A DNA stretch of 64,000 nucleotides from assembly GCA_000708835.1 (NCBI GenBank), contig DF237057.1, forward strand, positions 124,001 to 188,000. The letters run 5' to 3'. Shown piece after piece: positions 12,701 to 26,400 of the stretch (the stretch's first letter is position 1; every line of letters starts with the position of its first letter). Source of the stretch: Klebsormidium nitens (lineage: Eukaryota > Plantae > Klebsormidiophyceae). The notes below the pieces were generated by a model that was not told where the DNA came from, ran no database searches, and worked only from the letters and a program-made list of their open reading frames with translations. The translations under genes were made by a program, and so were the position numbers.

Positions 12701-14055
12701 GACACGTCTTCGAACAGTCCCAACATCAATTGCGTACCCACCGACCGCCAAACATATTCTGCTCAAAGCACAATGGATTATTTCCGAAATCGGAAATAAT
12801 CCATCTAGATCTTAAACAACCTCAGAACTTGAGTCAAATTGTGTCGCAATTTGCTCAGCCTAATCTTGTAGCAAATTGCCCATCTTGATCTTGTTGCAGA
12901 TTGCCCCTGGGGGGTCTACTGGCCGACACCCCCGGTTTCAGCCTGCCCGCCCTTAGTAAAATTACCGAGCAAGAGCTCCCCGTCTGCTTCCCGGAGATCC
13001 GCCAACGCCTCGCGGCCGCCCACGCGGCCGGCCGCCACTGCGCCTACAAAGACTGCAAACACCTCGCCGAGCCCGACTGCGTCGTGTCCGGCCGCCGGAA
13101 ACGGTCGGACGCGGATGGTAACGGTTCGGTAATGGTGGTCGAGGGGCCCGACGGGAGCCTGGAAGAGCGCGAGGTGTTCGAGTATCAGGAGGGGTTCGCG
13201 CCGTGGGAACGGTACGAGGAGTATAAGCGGTTGATGGCGGAGGTCAAGGAACGGGAGGATAAGGAGCGGTGGGCGTACGGAACGAAACGGGAGAGCGCGG
13301 TACGGGTGCGGAAGACGGACGGGGCGACTGGGAAGCCGAAAGTGGAGCCGCGGTTGGCGCCCCAGAAGCATCGGCGTGAGTCGCGGAAGCTAGCGAAACA
13401 GGGGTTAGAGACTTTGTTAGACGAAGAGTCCGAAGACGAGGAGGAATCGGAGGGTTTGGTGGCCGGTTCAGACGAGGGTTTGGAGGAAGGTTTGGAAAAG
13501 GATGTGAAGGAAGAAACGGAAGCTGAGACCGGGGGCTTGGAACCGGTCAGTTCTGCGGGCGAGAATGGGGGGTCGATTGGTCGGGGTGGGGAAGCGGGGA
13601 ACTCGCGAAGGGTGCAGACCGATGGGCGGGGTTCCGGGTTTCCGGGGGAAAGCAGTTCACTGTATTCGGAAGGGGAAGAGCCTGCCGACTTAGCAGAAGC
13701 GGGGGGGACGAGTGGCTCCAGGGGAACGGAACCGGAAGCAGGAATCGACGCGGAATCCGGGGCGCTCGTTGGCGCCGGCGAGTCTTCAGAGTCTTTGGGT
13801 CGGTTAGACGAAGATGACGATGGACGGTCAGATGAGAAGGAAGACGAAGATTTTAAGGATTGGTTGAAGACGCGGGAGTTTGAGTACAAGTGGTGGGAAG
13901 ATAAGGACGCCCACTTGCAAGGGGATTCCCGGCTTGCCTCCGTCAAATCGACGAGGGACGTGCAACGGCATTGGCGGTTGAGAAAGGAGAAGGTGTTGGA
14001 GAACAGGGAGACTGTCTTTGGAAAGAAGGGCCCGACGCCGGCGGGTCGAGAATGA
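9780..14055 (+). CDS. rsgA: Small ribosomal subunit biogenesis GTPase RsgA (YjeQ/EngC family), organelle-targeted, 4 exons
   Basis: Exons 9780-10065, 10644-11215, 11539-11990, 12900-14055; phases compatible. OB-fold (GQVVTSQANF..VLVGDRV), then circularly permuted GTPase order G4 NK/AD, G1 GPSGAGKS, G2 HTTR, G3 DTPG, then Zn site CAYKDCKHLAEPDC. Confidence 0.93.
10814..10897 (+). repeat. Coding minisatellite, 4 x 21 bp, inside the RsgA OB-fold region
   Basis: Units agcgaagcgacagctggcgac / gaagcggcgacagctggaggg / gaaaaggcgacagtcagtggc / gagatagcgacagctggccag encode (S)EATAGD-EAATAGG-EKATVSG-EIATAGQ. Confidence 0.8.
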
Positions 14056-14649
14056 TGTGAATGACACTTCGACTGAACTACGGTGTCATTAAACTCGTTG
14101 TCAAGGATTTTTCAGAAGTGTTGAATCTTCATACGTTTTATGTCCTGGTCTATAGATGTTCATTGTGCTTGTATGGCATTGGGACTGACCGGCCCTTAGA
14201 TAATCGGGATGGCGCCTTCAAGGCTTGTAACTCAAAAACAAGTGGATTATTGTAGACCTGCTTGTATTGAGCATGCATGGCCTGATCATGTACCTTGATG
14301 AGCGCAAGCGAGCGCTTGTATACGTATTTGTCAATCGTATAGCATCATTAATTATGCATGGCGGCAGGTGCACTTGAATGCTCGAAGCTGCATCATCGTC
14401 CTGACAGCTCAGCCTAAAGGCTATTCTTTAATCTGCGCAGCCCGGCCGCCCGGAATGATTGCAGGCGGCAGACTATTCTCGCACAATGAAGCTATACGTA
14501 CATGCAACTCATCTAGGCGGCCAACTTATAAGGTGACGGCAATGTTCGTGGAAAGCCAGAGGCCGCGGCACATGGTAATCGCGGGGCAGCCGAGCCGCGG
14601 GCTCAGATCCGCAGTGCTGGTACGTGCCGGCATATTGTAATCATTAAGA

Positions 14650-15650
14650 GCTTAAGTTATGCCGACCATTGAAAGGCCGCGTACGTTAGCTTGCGCCAGA
14701 GCCAGGCGGCCGCGCTAGCTAGCGGGTCACGCGGTACGCCGCTAGCTAGCCATGCGCGCAGGCTAGCGGCAGTCCGATCACGTGCCGGAGGTCGGATGCG
14801 CAACGCGGGCCGCTCGCGGGCGGCCCGTTCTTGCCCCCGACGGTTGAGTCTTGAGCAGTGTTTAACGCGCCGCGCACGCGCCAGGTACAAAGTGCGGCTG
14901 GCTTCGGGATTTGTGCGGCTGGCCGCAGGCCAGCCGCCCACCTTTGTGCGGCAGAATTCGGGACACAGCCGCACACTGTGTGCGCCTATGATGCAAGCCT
15001 GCACCCGGAATACCGGACTCTTATTGGCCAAAATGCATAAAAGACGGCCTTGAACCGGCTTCAAGCAACTTTTACCGGGCACTTCCGGCCTCGATTTATG
15101 GAATTCATCTGCGTCCGAGCATTGTGCCCGGGCCCCGGTAACCGTCAAGCTTAGCTTACCTTATATGAACGAGCGCCCCCAGATATCTACTTCCCTTCTC
15201 TATATATTCCAAATATATACAGCCGCATCGACGTGCCTTTGAAGACAACTGCCAAATAAGTAGGCTTCCCTTACTGGGCAATAAGCCACTGCTTATACTG
15301 CTGACCCACATGCTTATGTACCGTCAGCATGCACATATGTACAGAAGGCCTTTGGAAACCCCAGAAGGCTATTACGTGCTCCTTATAAGTGCGCGCAACA
15401 AGCATCCTAGCTGGCGCATTTTTCTCGCAGGTTAGACAGGTAAAAAAATGGACCCGGCTGAAACCAAGCGCAGCGACCCTGGGCAGTGGGCTCAAGCTAG
15501 TTAGTGGCCACGTTCTCGCTCAACCCAGCAGAAAGTGTGCGGCACTTTTCGAGGGCAGCCGCACACTGGTGTGCGGCGCTCGCAGGCCCGTATGCCCACT
15601 TTTGTGCGCCACGGATTTAGGGGGTTGTTAAGGTGGGCGTCAGGGTATAA
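14650..15650. repeat. GC-rich, hairpin-rich intergenic segment, probably a decayed repeat
   Basis: 12-bp inverted repeat GCTAGCTAGCGG / CCGCTAGCTAGC at 14714-14750. The motif CAGCCGCACACT(G)GTGTGCG occurs at about 14966 and about 15555, with several TGTGCGGC copies. Element ends were not found. Confidence 0.4.
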
Positions 15651-17415
15651 GACCGTGTTCTCGCGGCCAATTTTGGCATCCGCACCTGCAGCTTTTGCAA
15701 CTTGACCGAGTGGCAAGCGCGCTCGCCTTGAAATCAACAGGCCCGGGCTCGAATCCGGAAACTTTGACATTTTGCTCTCTTTTGCCCCATCCTTTTTGTG
15801 CCCATTAAACGCTGACGGAGGACGACGTCACTAGTAGAGAACCGCGGTACCCACTGGTACCATACCTCCGGACAGCCTCCGGTCCCTGCTCGGATGCCCA
15901 GCTTCGGTCGGTACCGCAGTGCGCTGGTCTTCGAAAGGTTCCGTACCGTGTCAAACAAATCAAGCCCGTAGCCGTCCGATGATAGTTCTCGAGTCCCAAT
16001 CTCACCGTCCGCCCGAGGTGTCCATGCATGGCCTACGCCCACTTTAATCACTGGTCTTGAGAGGTTTCGAATTTGAGTTTCGAAGTTCGAGTACGGTACG
16101 GACCGGACACCTTCGTACCACTTTTGACCAATGCAGTTTGACTGTATTTGCTCCGTCGATGCTTTCCCAGCTGCTACCAATGGACGGATTAAACTCGCAC
16201 CATTTTCGCGCGCGTGGTTCACCAAACAGTAGTTGGACCAGGGATCAACCAGCTAGGCTATCCACTTGACACCTGCCAGACTCTCAAGATACTGTATGTA
16301 CAGTTCCCTTCGCTTTTCTATGGACTGCATGTATGCACTCGGGAGTCGAGATGATCCGTACATTCATACATTGTGACTGCGTTTTACTGAGCAAAAGGTA
16401 GCCGGCACACTGGTCTTGTGTGAACAGGAGCAGCCCTGGAGCAGCAATGACGGATACCTACGACAACGCAGTAGATACAGAAAGGGTAACGAATCGTCAC
16501 GTGGGACATATATCCTGTACTTGGAAGGTACTCACCGGAGGTACCATTTCACAACGACAGCCCCTCTCTTGATGCAAGTATTTTCTGATGTCAAGAATGC
16601 GGCTGATCGACCATGTTCCTGGTTTGCGGGGGCAGTCGTCTTCAAGTTCACTCCTGCCACAAAGCGAAGACTACAGTCAGTTCGCATGTGACGCAATGGC
16701 CACATGAGCTCCCATGATCTCTGCGCTCAGGTCCGGTGTTCTAGGGCGGAGCTCGCGCTCCGGCGGCGCTTCAGTTGTCAGCAATGCGCGTGTTCGTTGT
16801 ATGACTAAGTACTCCAGGAAAACTTGTCTGGCAGTTGCTGAGTTCTGTGAATCCAGAGTTGAAGAGCTGAAGTGAGAAGTGTGGCTTCCTTTACTTCAAT
16901 GCATTGCTCTTTTGCCACCTGCTGGGGTTAGCTCGTAGTTGCAGCATCACGTCTCTTTGAACGAATCAGAGATGATTGAATGAGATTTCAAAATGAGCTG
17001 CATTAGAGGGGGTGTCCGGTTAGGATCCAGACTGTTGACAGTGAGGTGGATGTGCTTCTTTTTGCAGAAGTCCCCACTCGCTACAGAAGTCGTCAGCTTT
17101 TGACCAGCAGGAGCTCGAAACCTTTCTTGTCCCAGCAACTGCAGCTAAGATAGCTTCTCTAAAGAAACCACTCAAGACTTTATTTCCACCACGTCCAATC
17201 CAGTCAAGATTTGAAGCAAGACAGGTCACTTTCTGCATCAATGAGCAGCAAAGACTTACAAACAGAGCATGTGAGACGTGCATTGCATACTGCAAGCAGC
17301 TCTCATCCAACCAAAGGGCCTTGAATCAGAAGATCCTGTGAGCGGCCGACAGTCAGTGAGCTGCAGTCAGTCAGTCAGCTGCAGATAACCGAGGGGCGGA
17401 AGGTACACTGAATGC

Positions 17416-20400
17416 ATGGGCTTCTTCTGGGGGGCTGCGGTGGCCCCAGAACCTGCCCCTACTGACAACCGTGGGGGCGTAGCCAGCACATCCAGCTCAA
17501 ATGCTCGTCCCACTGCGTTACACGTCGGCCGGCGGGACACGCTCAGTTCCGAGGAGCTCGACGATGAAGACGAGGCAGAGATGAATGGAGCGGGGGGCGC
17601 AGATGGCCTTTCTCATGGCCCGCACTCTCCAGGGGGCGGAGAGGGGGGGGCACGCTCTTCCAGGGGGCCGAAAGACAGCGCCGGAGGGGGTGGACCGCGC
17701 TCTCCGGGGGGGCGGAGGGGGGGGGGGAGCATTCTTCGATCGCCAAGAGGTTCGGAAGGCAGCAGCAAACGGAGTAACGCGCGCCTCACCAGAAAGTCCA
17801 CCGGGTGGAGCGACGTGTTTGGGTCGAAACATGCGGCGCTCGATGCGGAGCTCGATGAGGAGCTCGACCTTGAGTCGACGGCTGACTTGCCCGGGATGGC
17901 GAGTGAAAAGCCAAACTTTCAGAGGTTGAAAAGCAAAATGGTGGTTAGCAACCCGGACGAGGTGACGGGGGTCAAGGTCCGGTCGGTCAACGCGCGGTTT
18001 GAGCCGTTTCTGCACAGAGACAGTGAGGTGAGGCGCTGAGCTCACTTTGCGGTTTGTGCAGGGTGGATTGCTCCTCTCAAAAAATATTCGAAGTGGTCTA
18101 GCAGCTAGCTTGTCAAGTGCTCGATACAATACGCACACGTACAATCAAGTGCATTGTTGCTGCGGCCTAATTGAGGTCACGGAAAATTCTAATGAAAGGC
18201 TAGATGAGATCGCACGGCATTTTGTCAACGGAGTGGAGTCTACACCGCCAGAGAGGTTTTTGGTACGGAACAGAACGCGTTATGTGGCTTTCTCAACATC
18301 CCGACCTGGAATGGACATACATCCGGACTGTAGAGTAGGAGCCTCCTGGACTCCTCTTCAGGAAAATCCAGGTGGAAGTTATGCATCTGCTCATTCTATT
18401 CGAGTCTGCTGAACTTTGTTGGAAGCAAAGAGCGTGGTACATGATTTGCATTCTAGAAGATGCTAAGTCTCTTATGGATGGAAGGGCAAACAAGCAGATG
18501 ACCTCAACACACCGGCGGACACTCACACGGAGAGGTAGCGGACTCGTAGACTGATCGTTTAGGAGCCAGCATTGAGCCTACTTTGAGGCCTTTCGAGCAG
18601 AGCTATGCACGTCCCTTCAGAATCCGGTTAGCGATCCTGAACGAGGCATTATGAAGATGGTGGTGCAAACTGCTTCTTGATTCTCTGTTGCGCAAGATGA
18701 AAATCGAGCAGCATGATAAGCCGTGTTGGATGGCTTCGCTTCTGTTAACGGCGCCTGTTGGAAAGGGGTCAAAGCTAGGCATTGTGCCACGCCGCTCATG
18801 AGCTCGGACTTCGGCAAGGCTCGGGCCAAAGCTTTGAAACTGCGGGACAGTGCGCCTAGACAGCCTGAACTGGTTGCCGTCTCCTGTCACTCAGCATTGT
18901 GTGGGAAACTCCTCTGTCGCGCTTCGCATCCAGCCTTTGCAAAGCAGAGGAGCGGTGTTTTTGCAGCACGCATTCTAGTTTCTGCCCCCGTGTTTGGCTT
19001 GCAGAAGAGCTGATACCTTTTTGGGAAGGGAACCGCGCGTGACTGTCGCGGCTTTCTAAACACATTCGTTGTGGATTCAACTCAACTGACTGATTCAATC
19101 TGTAGTTCATTCACGCACCCGACTTTTTGGTATTGTCGCGTCCGTCACGGGGGGTAAAGTTACTCCTCGATTTGATGACCTAACCCCCTCCGCCCAATCT
19201 TTCCAGGGCGACCGGCAAGAGAGTCCAACGCTACCGCCGTCGCTCGCTCCAACAGGCCGGTACATGAGCATGGTTCTACCCCGTTCATCCGAGTCCCGCC
19301 CTTTGGGAAACCCCGGGGGATCATCCAATTTTCGGTCGGGAAAGTCTGTGACTGGACCGGGGGCTTTTGGCGGGCTGGGGGCCCTAACCGGAAAGCAGCC
19401 CAGTATGGCCGGGCCGGTGAGCAAACTGCACCCTCAAAGTGGAAATGCAGCTGCAGAGTTGCTCTTGGATCAGAACATTTGATTCGCAACAGCATATGTA
19501 CCCGTTTCCAGGTCCATGGCTCCCCCGCTGAGGCCCGATTAGGGCGTAATCGTACAATTTTCGTAGTCTGAGTGCTGCACGCACGATCGCCTCGGTGATA
19601 TAGTCGCCGGTCCTCCGCAAACCTGTAGGAACTCGATGAAGCGGGTATGTACACGGGTTCTGGATGCGCACAGACGCTGACGGGCCCCTCCTTTACCACA
19701 CGATGAGCTCAGCTTACGGGACGATAAGGGCTTAGAGCGGGCCTGTCTGCACGCGCGCGTTACATGTAGGATGCTACTGGTTCTCTCGGAACAGACGTAC
19801 CCAGGTCTTTCGAGATTTACAGAACTCATCCAAACCCCTTTTTAACCCGTTTTCAGGAGGCGTTTGAAAGGGCATGGTGCTGGGCGCGGGGGCCCACTTA
19901 GCGGCGCTGCAGCTCAAGTCACTGATCTGTTTGAAGTCGTAAACCTCACGTTAAAATTCATCTGAACCCCTGCTTAACCCGCTTTTCAGGAGGCCTTCGT
20001 GGAAGTGGCGGTGTTGCCCCGCAGTGACCCAACTGACGGCGCTGCGGCGCACGTCGCTTGCGAGCGTTACAGGCTTTTGATAACCCACTAAAAACCTATC
20101 TTGACCCCTTCTTTACTCGTTTCTTGAGGCGTTCGAGAAACGCATGGTGCTACACGCGCGGTGGCCCAGTTGGCGGAGCTGCAGCGCACGTCAAGCGTAA
20201 GCGGCTTGTTGACCCACGCTTTAATCCCCTGCTCCAGCGCTTCTTAAGCGCAGAGGCGTTCCTTAACCCGACAGGACTCTTCACCTTCGCAGGAAACCCT
20301 GCTAAACTTTCTCCGTAACCGTTTTCAGGAGCCGTTCGAGAAGGGCATGGTGTTGCGCGCTGTAGCTCAGTTAGCGGCGCTGCGGCGCAAGTCGCTAACG

Positions 20401-23400
20401 ATGGGGCCGCAGCGAATGACTCTTCCGTCCAGCAGAATGCGGCGGAACACGGCGGACAGCGAAGAGGAACCGGGCGAGGACGAGGAGCTGGGCGCGTTTC
20501 ACTACTCCAGAACCAGGGTTATTAACCCAAAGTAAGTTAACCCGTACGTTCTTAAGCAAAACTGTTCATTTTCGGTTTTGTTCAGTCAGGTGGCATTGGC
20601 AAGGCCGAAGGAAGGTAACCCTGAAGCTTAACCAATTACATTACTCAGAGCTAGTGAAGGTTCGTGCCCAACTATGAGGGACCACTAAACGCGGAGCTCC
20701 TGAAAAATATGGAATTCGAACCCCGATAACGTACTTGTATTCTCTCCGGGTCCTAGATATTCGACATGATGATATGGACCGAATCCGGAGCCGACAGCGG
20801 GACAGGACAATACGCGATTAATCAACCGAGCGGTTGACGTCCCGGGATGATAATGCAAACATCCGAACCTTTTTCCGGTGGATACAACTTTCTGCTGTGA
20901 CCAACTTAAGCTTTCGTTATTAGTACGAAGTCTCAAAAGAACCACACATCACTTTGAAGTTAATCTCATTTCTTTGACTTTGTTTTTTTGTAGGTCCGCT
21001 TTCATAACTCGATGGGACATCTTCCTTACGATTCTCATCATCATCTGCGCATTTACCATTCCCTTCGAGGTAAGCCACGTGTCAGCATCGAAACGGCTTT
21101 CTGTAAACAATATAGCAACCGTGCAATGACCGGCCTCTTCAGTCTGAGAAGGCGAAGCGTCCCTGGTGCTTTACAGGGTCAGCATGAATTGTCGTTGCTA
21201 GAGCAAGGTGTATGCATTAGATGATTGGGGACACTAATTCCATGGGCTTTCGACAGTGCCGAGTCATCCATAAAAAGGTCTTGGTCTTCCAATTGGGCAC
21301 GGCAAGCTAGCCTCATAGCATCAAGGAAGTAGCTTTTGATCTCAGCCCTTAGATGTGGCCATCGTTTAGAGTATGGCAGGTCTTAAGTCTTTGAACAGTA
21401 CGAAACAAATCGTATGCAGCGGCTTCCAGATTGAATTGAATGCGCAGCTGGCGACAATCGTTTCGGGTTCGTTCGCGAAGCGAAGCTTGCTCTATGTAAA
21501 AGTTATTCGTTTCTGCTGCAGGCCGCTTTTCTGCACTTATCGCTCAACTCAATCTTCTTCGCGAACCGCGTGGTAAGGGTCGCAAGTCCGTTTGCTTTCC
21601 TTGCTTCCATTCCAGGAGTCCTTTTAAGCTTCTCTTACTCGGTGTCAGGGTTCAAGAAGAACCCTTGTCCGCGGCCACAGAAAGGAGCCTATGTTTCCGA
21701 GACCGGAGGTTGGAGAAGTAACCGTTCCAGAACGTGATTGTTGAGCAATCAATGGACTCTCTTCGCTCGAAACATTAGAGCAAACCCCCGGTTTGCTTTG
21801 ACACTGCTTAGATTACGTAACCCGCCACGTGGAGCGTCTAGTTTGTCCATCTGAAAGCGAACGGCCTCAATTCATGCAATTTCATAGATTACCCTTCCTT
21901 CAGCGCTCAAGACTTGGCCTAAGCCTGGATTGATTAGTGACACAAGAAGCGGCCGTTGAGAGAAACTGCTGTGCGCTTGATTTCCTTGTAATACGGACGG
22001 ATTTTGTGATTCAGGATCGTAGCACTTACTCCCTCTGGAAAGCGCATTCGCACTGATGCTGTCCTTGCACCAGACAGATGCCGCTACATTCTCAGTGCCA
22101 GTCCAGACCCTACTTTGATGCATACGTCAACTTGCCGATAAGTATCGGGTCAAAGTTAGCATCCCATAACATACTAACCGGATGCTAACCGGCGCGTTGG
22201 CTGACGTCAGGTGGACGCCATCTTCCTGGTGGACATGCTGATCAACTTCAACCTCATGTTCTTCGACAACGAAAAGAGCGTCTGGATCTCCAAGCGCAAG
22301 ACAATTGCCGCGCGGTGAGCGCGCCGACTCGGACTTTTTTCTACAGTATTCTTGCAGGCTTTTTGATCCCATTCGGTGTAGTGAAGTGTAAGTTAGTGAA
22401 CAGTGTCGGAGACGGGTGAGGTTAGTTTGGGGGTGAGGATGGGTATGGGCGCGGAGCGCGTGAATTTTTGGTTATGGTTTTGATCGAACCAAAAAAGCAT
22501 GCCGTTCACAGAGGCTCGCTGTTCACTAGATCGAACATTACGGGGTTTTGTCAAACCTGTTCAAACACCAGATTTCGAATGATAGGCCTAGGACAGAAAC
22601 CAGAGTGGATTGGGTGCACGTGTCCGGCCAGGGCAGACCACCGGGCATGGCATCCGCTGCAGCTGGAGCAGCTACAGCCCGGTTCGTACCGGAAAAGTAA
22701 ACCCAAAGGTTTTGCGAATGGGCATATATACCGCGCCAAGTTATGGCTTCCAGCTGAGACTAAGGAGTTCGATTGATAGCATATCCAAAAATGGAGTAGC
22801 TGAGGAAAATCGCATGGGTTTTTGATGACAGGGAACTGAGGCCAACTCGAAAGTTTCTTGACGGGGCTTGTCGGTATGAAGCGATTGGGGCGACAGTGAA
22901 GCCCGAGTCCTTGCACTTTCCGTCCCCAATATATGGCCACGTAGTCTTGGGCTGCGTCTAGTACACTAGTTTCGGCGCCCAAAATCCCCCTGCTCTCAGC
23001 CATGTTTCGCCCTAATGTGGCTACTGACGCGATTCGTTCGCCCATTCAAGAGTCATGGAATCTACTATATGTCTTGGTGATACATAAACCTTCCGAGATT
23101 GGGCTGCGTTGGCTTTGTTGGCACGCCTGGTTAGCGCCTAGGGGCAGATCGCATTTTGAGTCCAAGCTTTAATTATTGTAGTGCGAGTCTAGTTCGCGAT
23201 TCTTGAACTTCGAGTTTTTCAGGTTTGAAACTTCTGCTTGAGCTTCTAAGCAACACCCGACATATCGCAAGTGGGTCTAAAAGACTGATAGCCATGTGAC
23301 GCCACGACAGGTACTTGCGGACGTCATTCACGACGGACTTCCTGGCGGTGTTCCCGTTTGACGTCATCTACTACTGCTGGGAGAAGTACTCGATGCACCA

Positions 23401-26400
23401 CTCCAAGCGGAGCGTCATCGGGATCATCCTGCGGCTCGGGAGATTGCTCAAGGTGGGCCTGACGTCAGATGGTGACGTCTAACGCAGAGAGTGACGTCAC
23501 TGATGACCGGGGTACTTCACTTTAGGGATAGCGTGGCAATGAACGCGTCCGGAATTGCCCTGTGGCTGACGGCGCTGCGCAAGGTGCGCGTGACGTCAGA
23601 GAATGACGTCAGCTCTGCATTAAGCTGGTATTTCACTGGAGTACATTTGGAATCAGCATCGGAGCTCCTGTAATGGGTGGTGCTTCGAAGATATCTCGAG
23701 GATTAATGCTTAGGACTGATCCGAGGCCCCAAAGCTGAATGCTTTGATAAGAGCAAAGGAATGAACCTCGACTAGTGCAAGCTGCGAAAGATTGAGAACG
23801 GCCGCTGACGGGAGATAGCTGCTCGAACAAGGTGCATGATACGTAGCACACAGACCAACTCGTGCTAACCGCACCTACGGCTTCTCACCTTCTTAAACCG
23901 GAGCGCTGTCCCTGTTCTAGTTGTACTGGCAACTCCCTTGTCTCCGAAGGGGCTTGTCTCTTAAGATTCACAGCCCCCGGCACCTCAACTAAAACCCCTA
24001 ACCCAAAATCTTACGCGCTCCGCACCCCTACCCACCCTAACCACCAAACCAACCCTACCCGTCCCCCGGTTGTGAACCTTGTGAGACAAGCCCGTTAGGA
24101 GACAAGGGCGATGCCACACCGTTCTAGTTCCCTTCGTATTGAGGCGAGCATTGATGAGCTTAATAAGCCGCCCTTCCACCTCACGATCTGACGCCCTTCT
24201 TTGCTGACGTGGCGCAGCTCCTAAGGCTGGCTCGCACGGGCCGCATCATCCAACGGCTACAAACGAACCTGAACGTCGACTTCGGCGTGATGAAGATGTT
24301 CAAGTTTATGGCGTCCAGCGTCTTCATCTCGCACTGGGTAAGGACTGAGCGTTTCCTTGCGTTGAGTCTAAGACGAACTTTTCTACAACCTTCCCCCGTT
24401 CAAGTAAGCCGTTCTAGGTTGATATGACATGGCATCGGTCGTACGTTCGTCTCCTGACTGCGAGGCGCCTGACGGCGAACGCAGAGGCAGTCGGAACCCA
24501 CTGTTTTTCCATGCACATTCTTTTGCTCATGTCCTCCTTATTGCGTGCTGTCGTCGTCCTTTCCTCCCCTCCTCCGGTTGGTGTGCGTCTGTCGGCTGAT
24601 CCTGGAGTAGGACACATCTACGTTTCATGATCGGACTGTGATTTTTTTTCTCGCTTCCACTATAAGTTGAACTCCATAACAAATTTCTTCCGTTCAAGCA
24701 AGCCTTCAAGCAGGATCTGACATGGAATCGGTTGTACGTTCGTCTTCTGATATTGCAAGGATTTTGATGGCGGAGGCAGAGGCACTAGGGACCCACTGAT
24801 TTTCGTGCACAAATTCTGTGCTCATATCATCCTTGTTGCGTGCTGTCGTCGTCCTTTCCTGCCCTTTTCCAGTTTGTGTGCGTCTGGCGGCTGATTCTCC
24901 CTCGGTAATATCAGCATTTTTACGTGCTGGCATCTATCTCATCCCATTGCTCACGTCATCCTTTCCTCGCCTCTCCTGGTTGGCGTGCGTGTGGCGGCTG
25001 ACCGCGGACCTGGAGTCGAACCCAAAACTTCCTCTATTCACCAGGAATCTATGCTGACGTCATCCTTCTTTTCCCCTCCTCTAGTTGGCGTGCGTGTGGC
25101 GGCTGATCGCGGACCTGGAGTCGGACGGCGCCAACTGGCTGGCGCGGTTGGGCATGGAGAATCAGAGCACCATCTCAATCTATTCCACCTCACTCTACTT
25201 CGCGGTTGTGTCGCTCACCTCGACCGGCTACGGGGTAAGCCTGATTCTTAACCTCCGGTTGTAACTCAGAATAGAGGTCGGAAAGAATCGAACGGATTTG
25301 GAGGGTCACAAAAAGAGGGAACTTTTAGTACCGTCTCGATCTACTCTAAGTCACTTTACTTCGCGGTCGTTTTGCTTACCTCGACCGGGTACGGGGTAAG
25401 CTGTTTTCAACTTCCATGTCAAGAAAGAGACCGGAAAGAAGATGAATAGAATGAGATTGGAGAGTTGCGAGGAAAGAGAAAGAAAAACTTTCGAGCACCC
25501 TCTCAATCTACTCCACCTCGCTCTAGTTCGCGGACGTTTCGCTCACCTCGACGGGCTACGGGGTGAGCCTGGATCTTGACTTCCGTGTTGAAAAAATATA
25601 AGGAAGGAGCCGAAGAATTGGATAGGATTGGAAAGTTAAAAAACAAAACAACAAAAAAGAGATTCGAGCACCCTCACAATCACTCCACAAATCGGTCTAC
25701 TTCGCGGTCGTAACGCTCACCTCGACCGGCTACGGGTAAGATAGTTTCCATCTTTCATCTTTCATCTCATCTTGCATCGTTCATCTACGATCGTTGATCT
25801 GGAATTCTGACGTCTCTTTCTCTTCATGGTTCTCTTTCTCTCCCGCAAACTCGTTCGACCCCTGCCAACCGCAAAACTTCTAAAAAACCACTACTGACGC
25901 CCCAGGACGTCAGCGGTGACGGCTTGGGAGCAGTGCTACGTCATCTTCGTCCTTTTGCTCTGAAGCTACTCTTCTGGTGAAGATCGTGGGGCGGATCGAA
26001 CTACTTCGGGGGTACATCGTGGGAAATACGAACCTAGATTTAAAACCCTCAAAATCTTTGGAATTCAAAACTCCTGAAACCCTTCGCCTGACGTCACCAG
26101 AACGTCACAGCGGTGACGGTGTGGGAGCAGTACTACGTCATCTTCGTGCTGCTGCTGGGGAGCTACTTCGGTTGCTTCTTAAGATATACGAACTCAGATT
26201 TCAAACCCACAAGTGTTTCGGAACCATAAGTCCTAATAAACCTCTGCTGTCGTCACCAGGACGTCACAGCGGTGACGGTGTGGGAGCAGTACTACGTCAT
26301 CTTCGTGCTGCTGCTGGGGAGCTACTACTTCGGGTACATCGTGGGAGAGATTACGGCGCTCGTGTCGAGCCGCAGCGCGGACGAGAACGAGTTCCACATG

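Noticed and set aside
15735-15770. GGGCTCGAATCC and (near 20711-20725, minus strand) GGGGTTCGAATTCC resembling tRNA T-loops
   Set aside because: No acceptor stem, D-arm or anticodon arm can be folded around either site.
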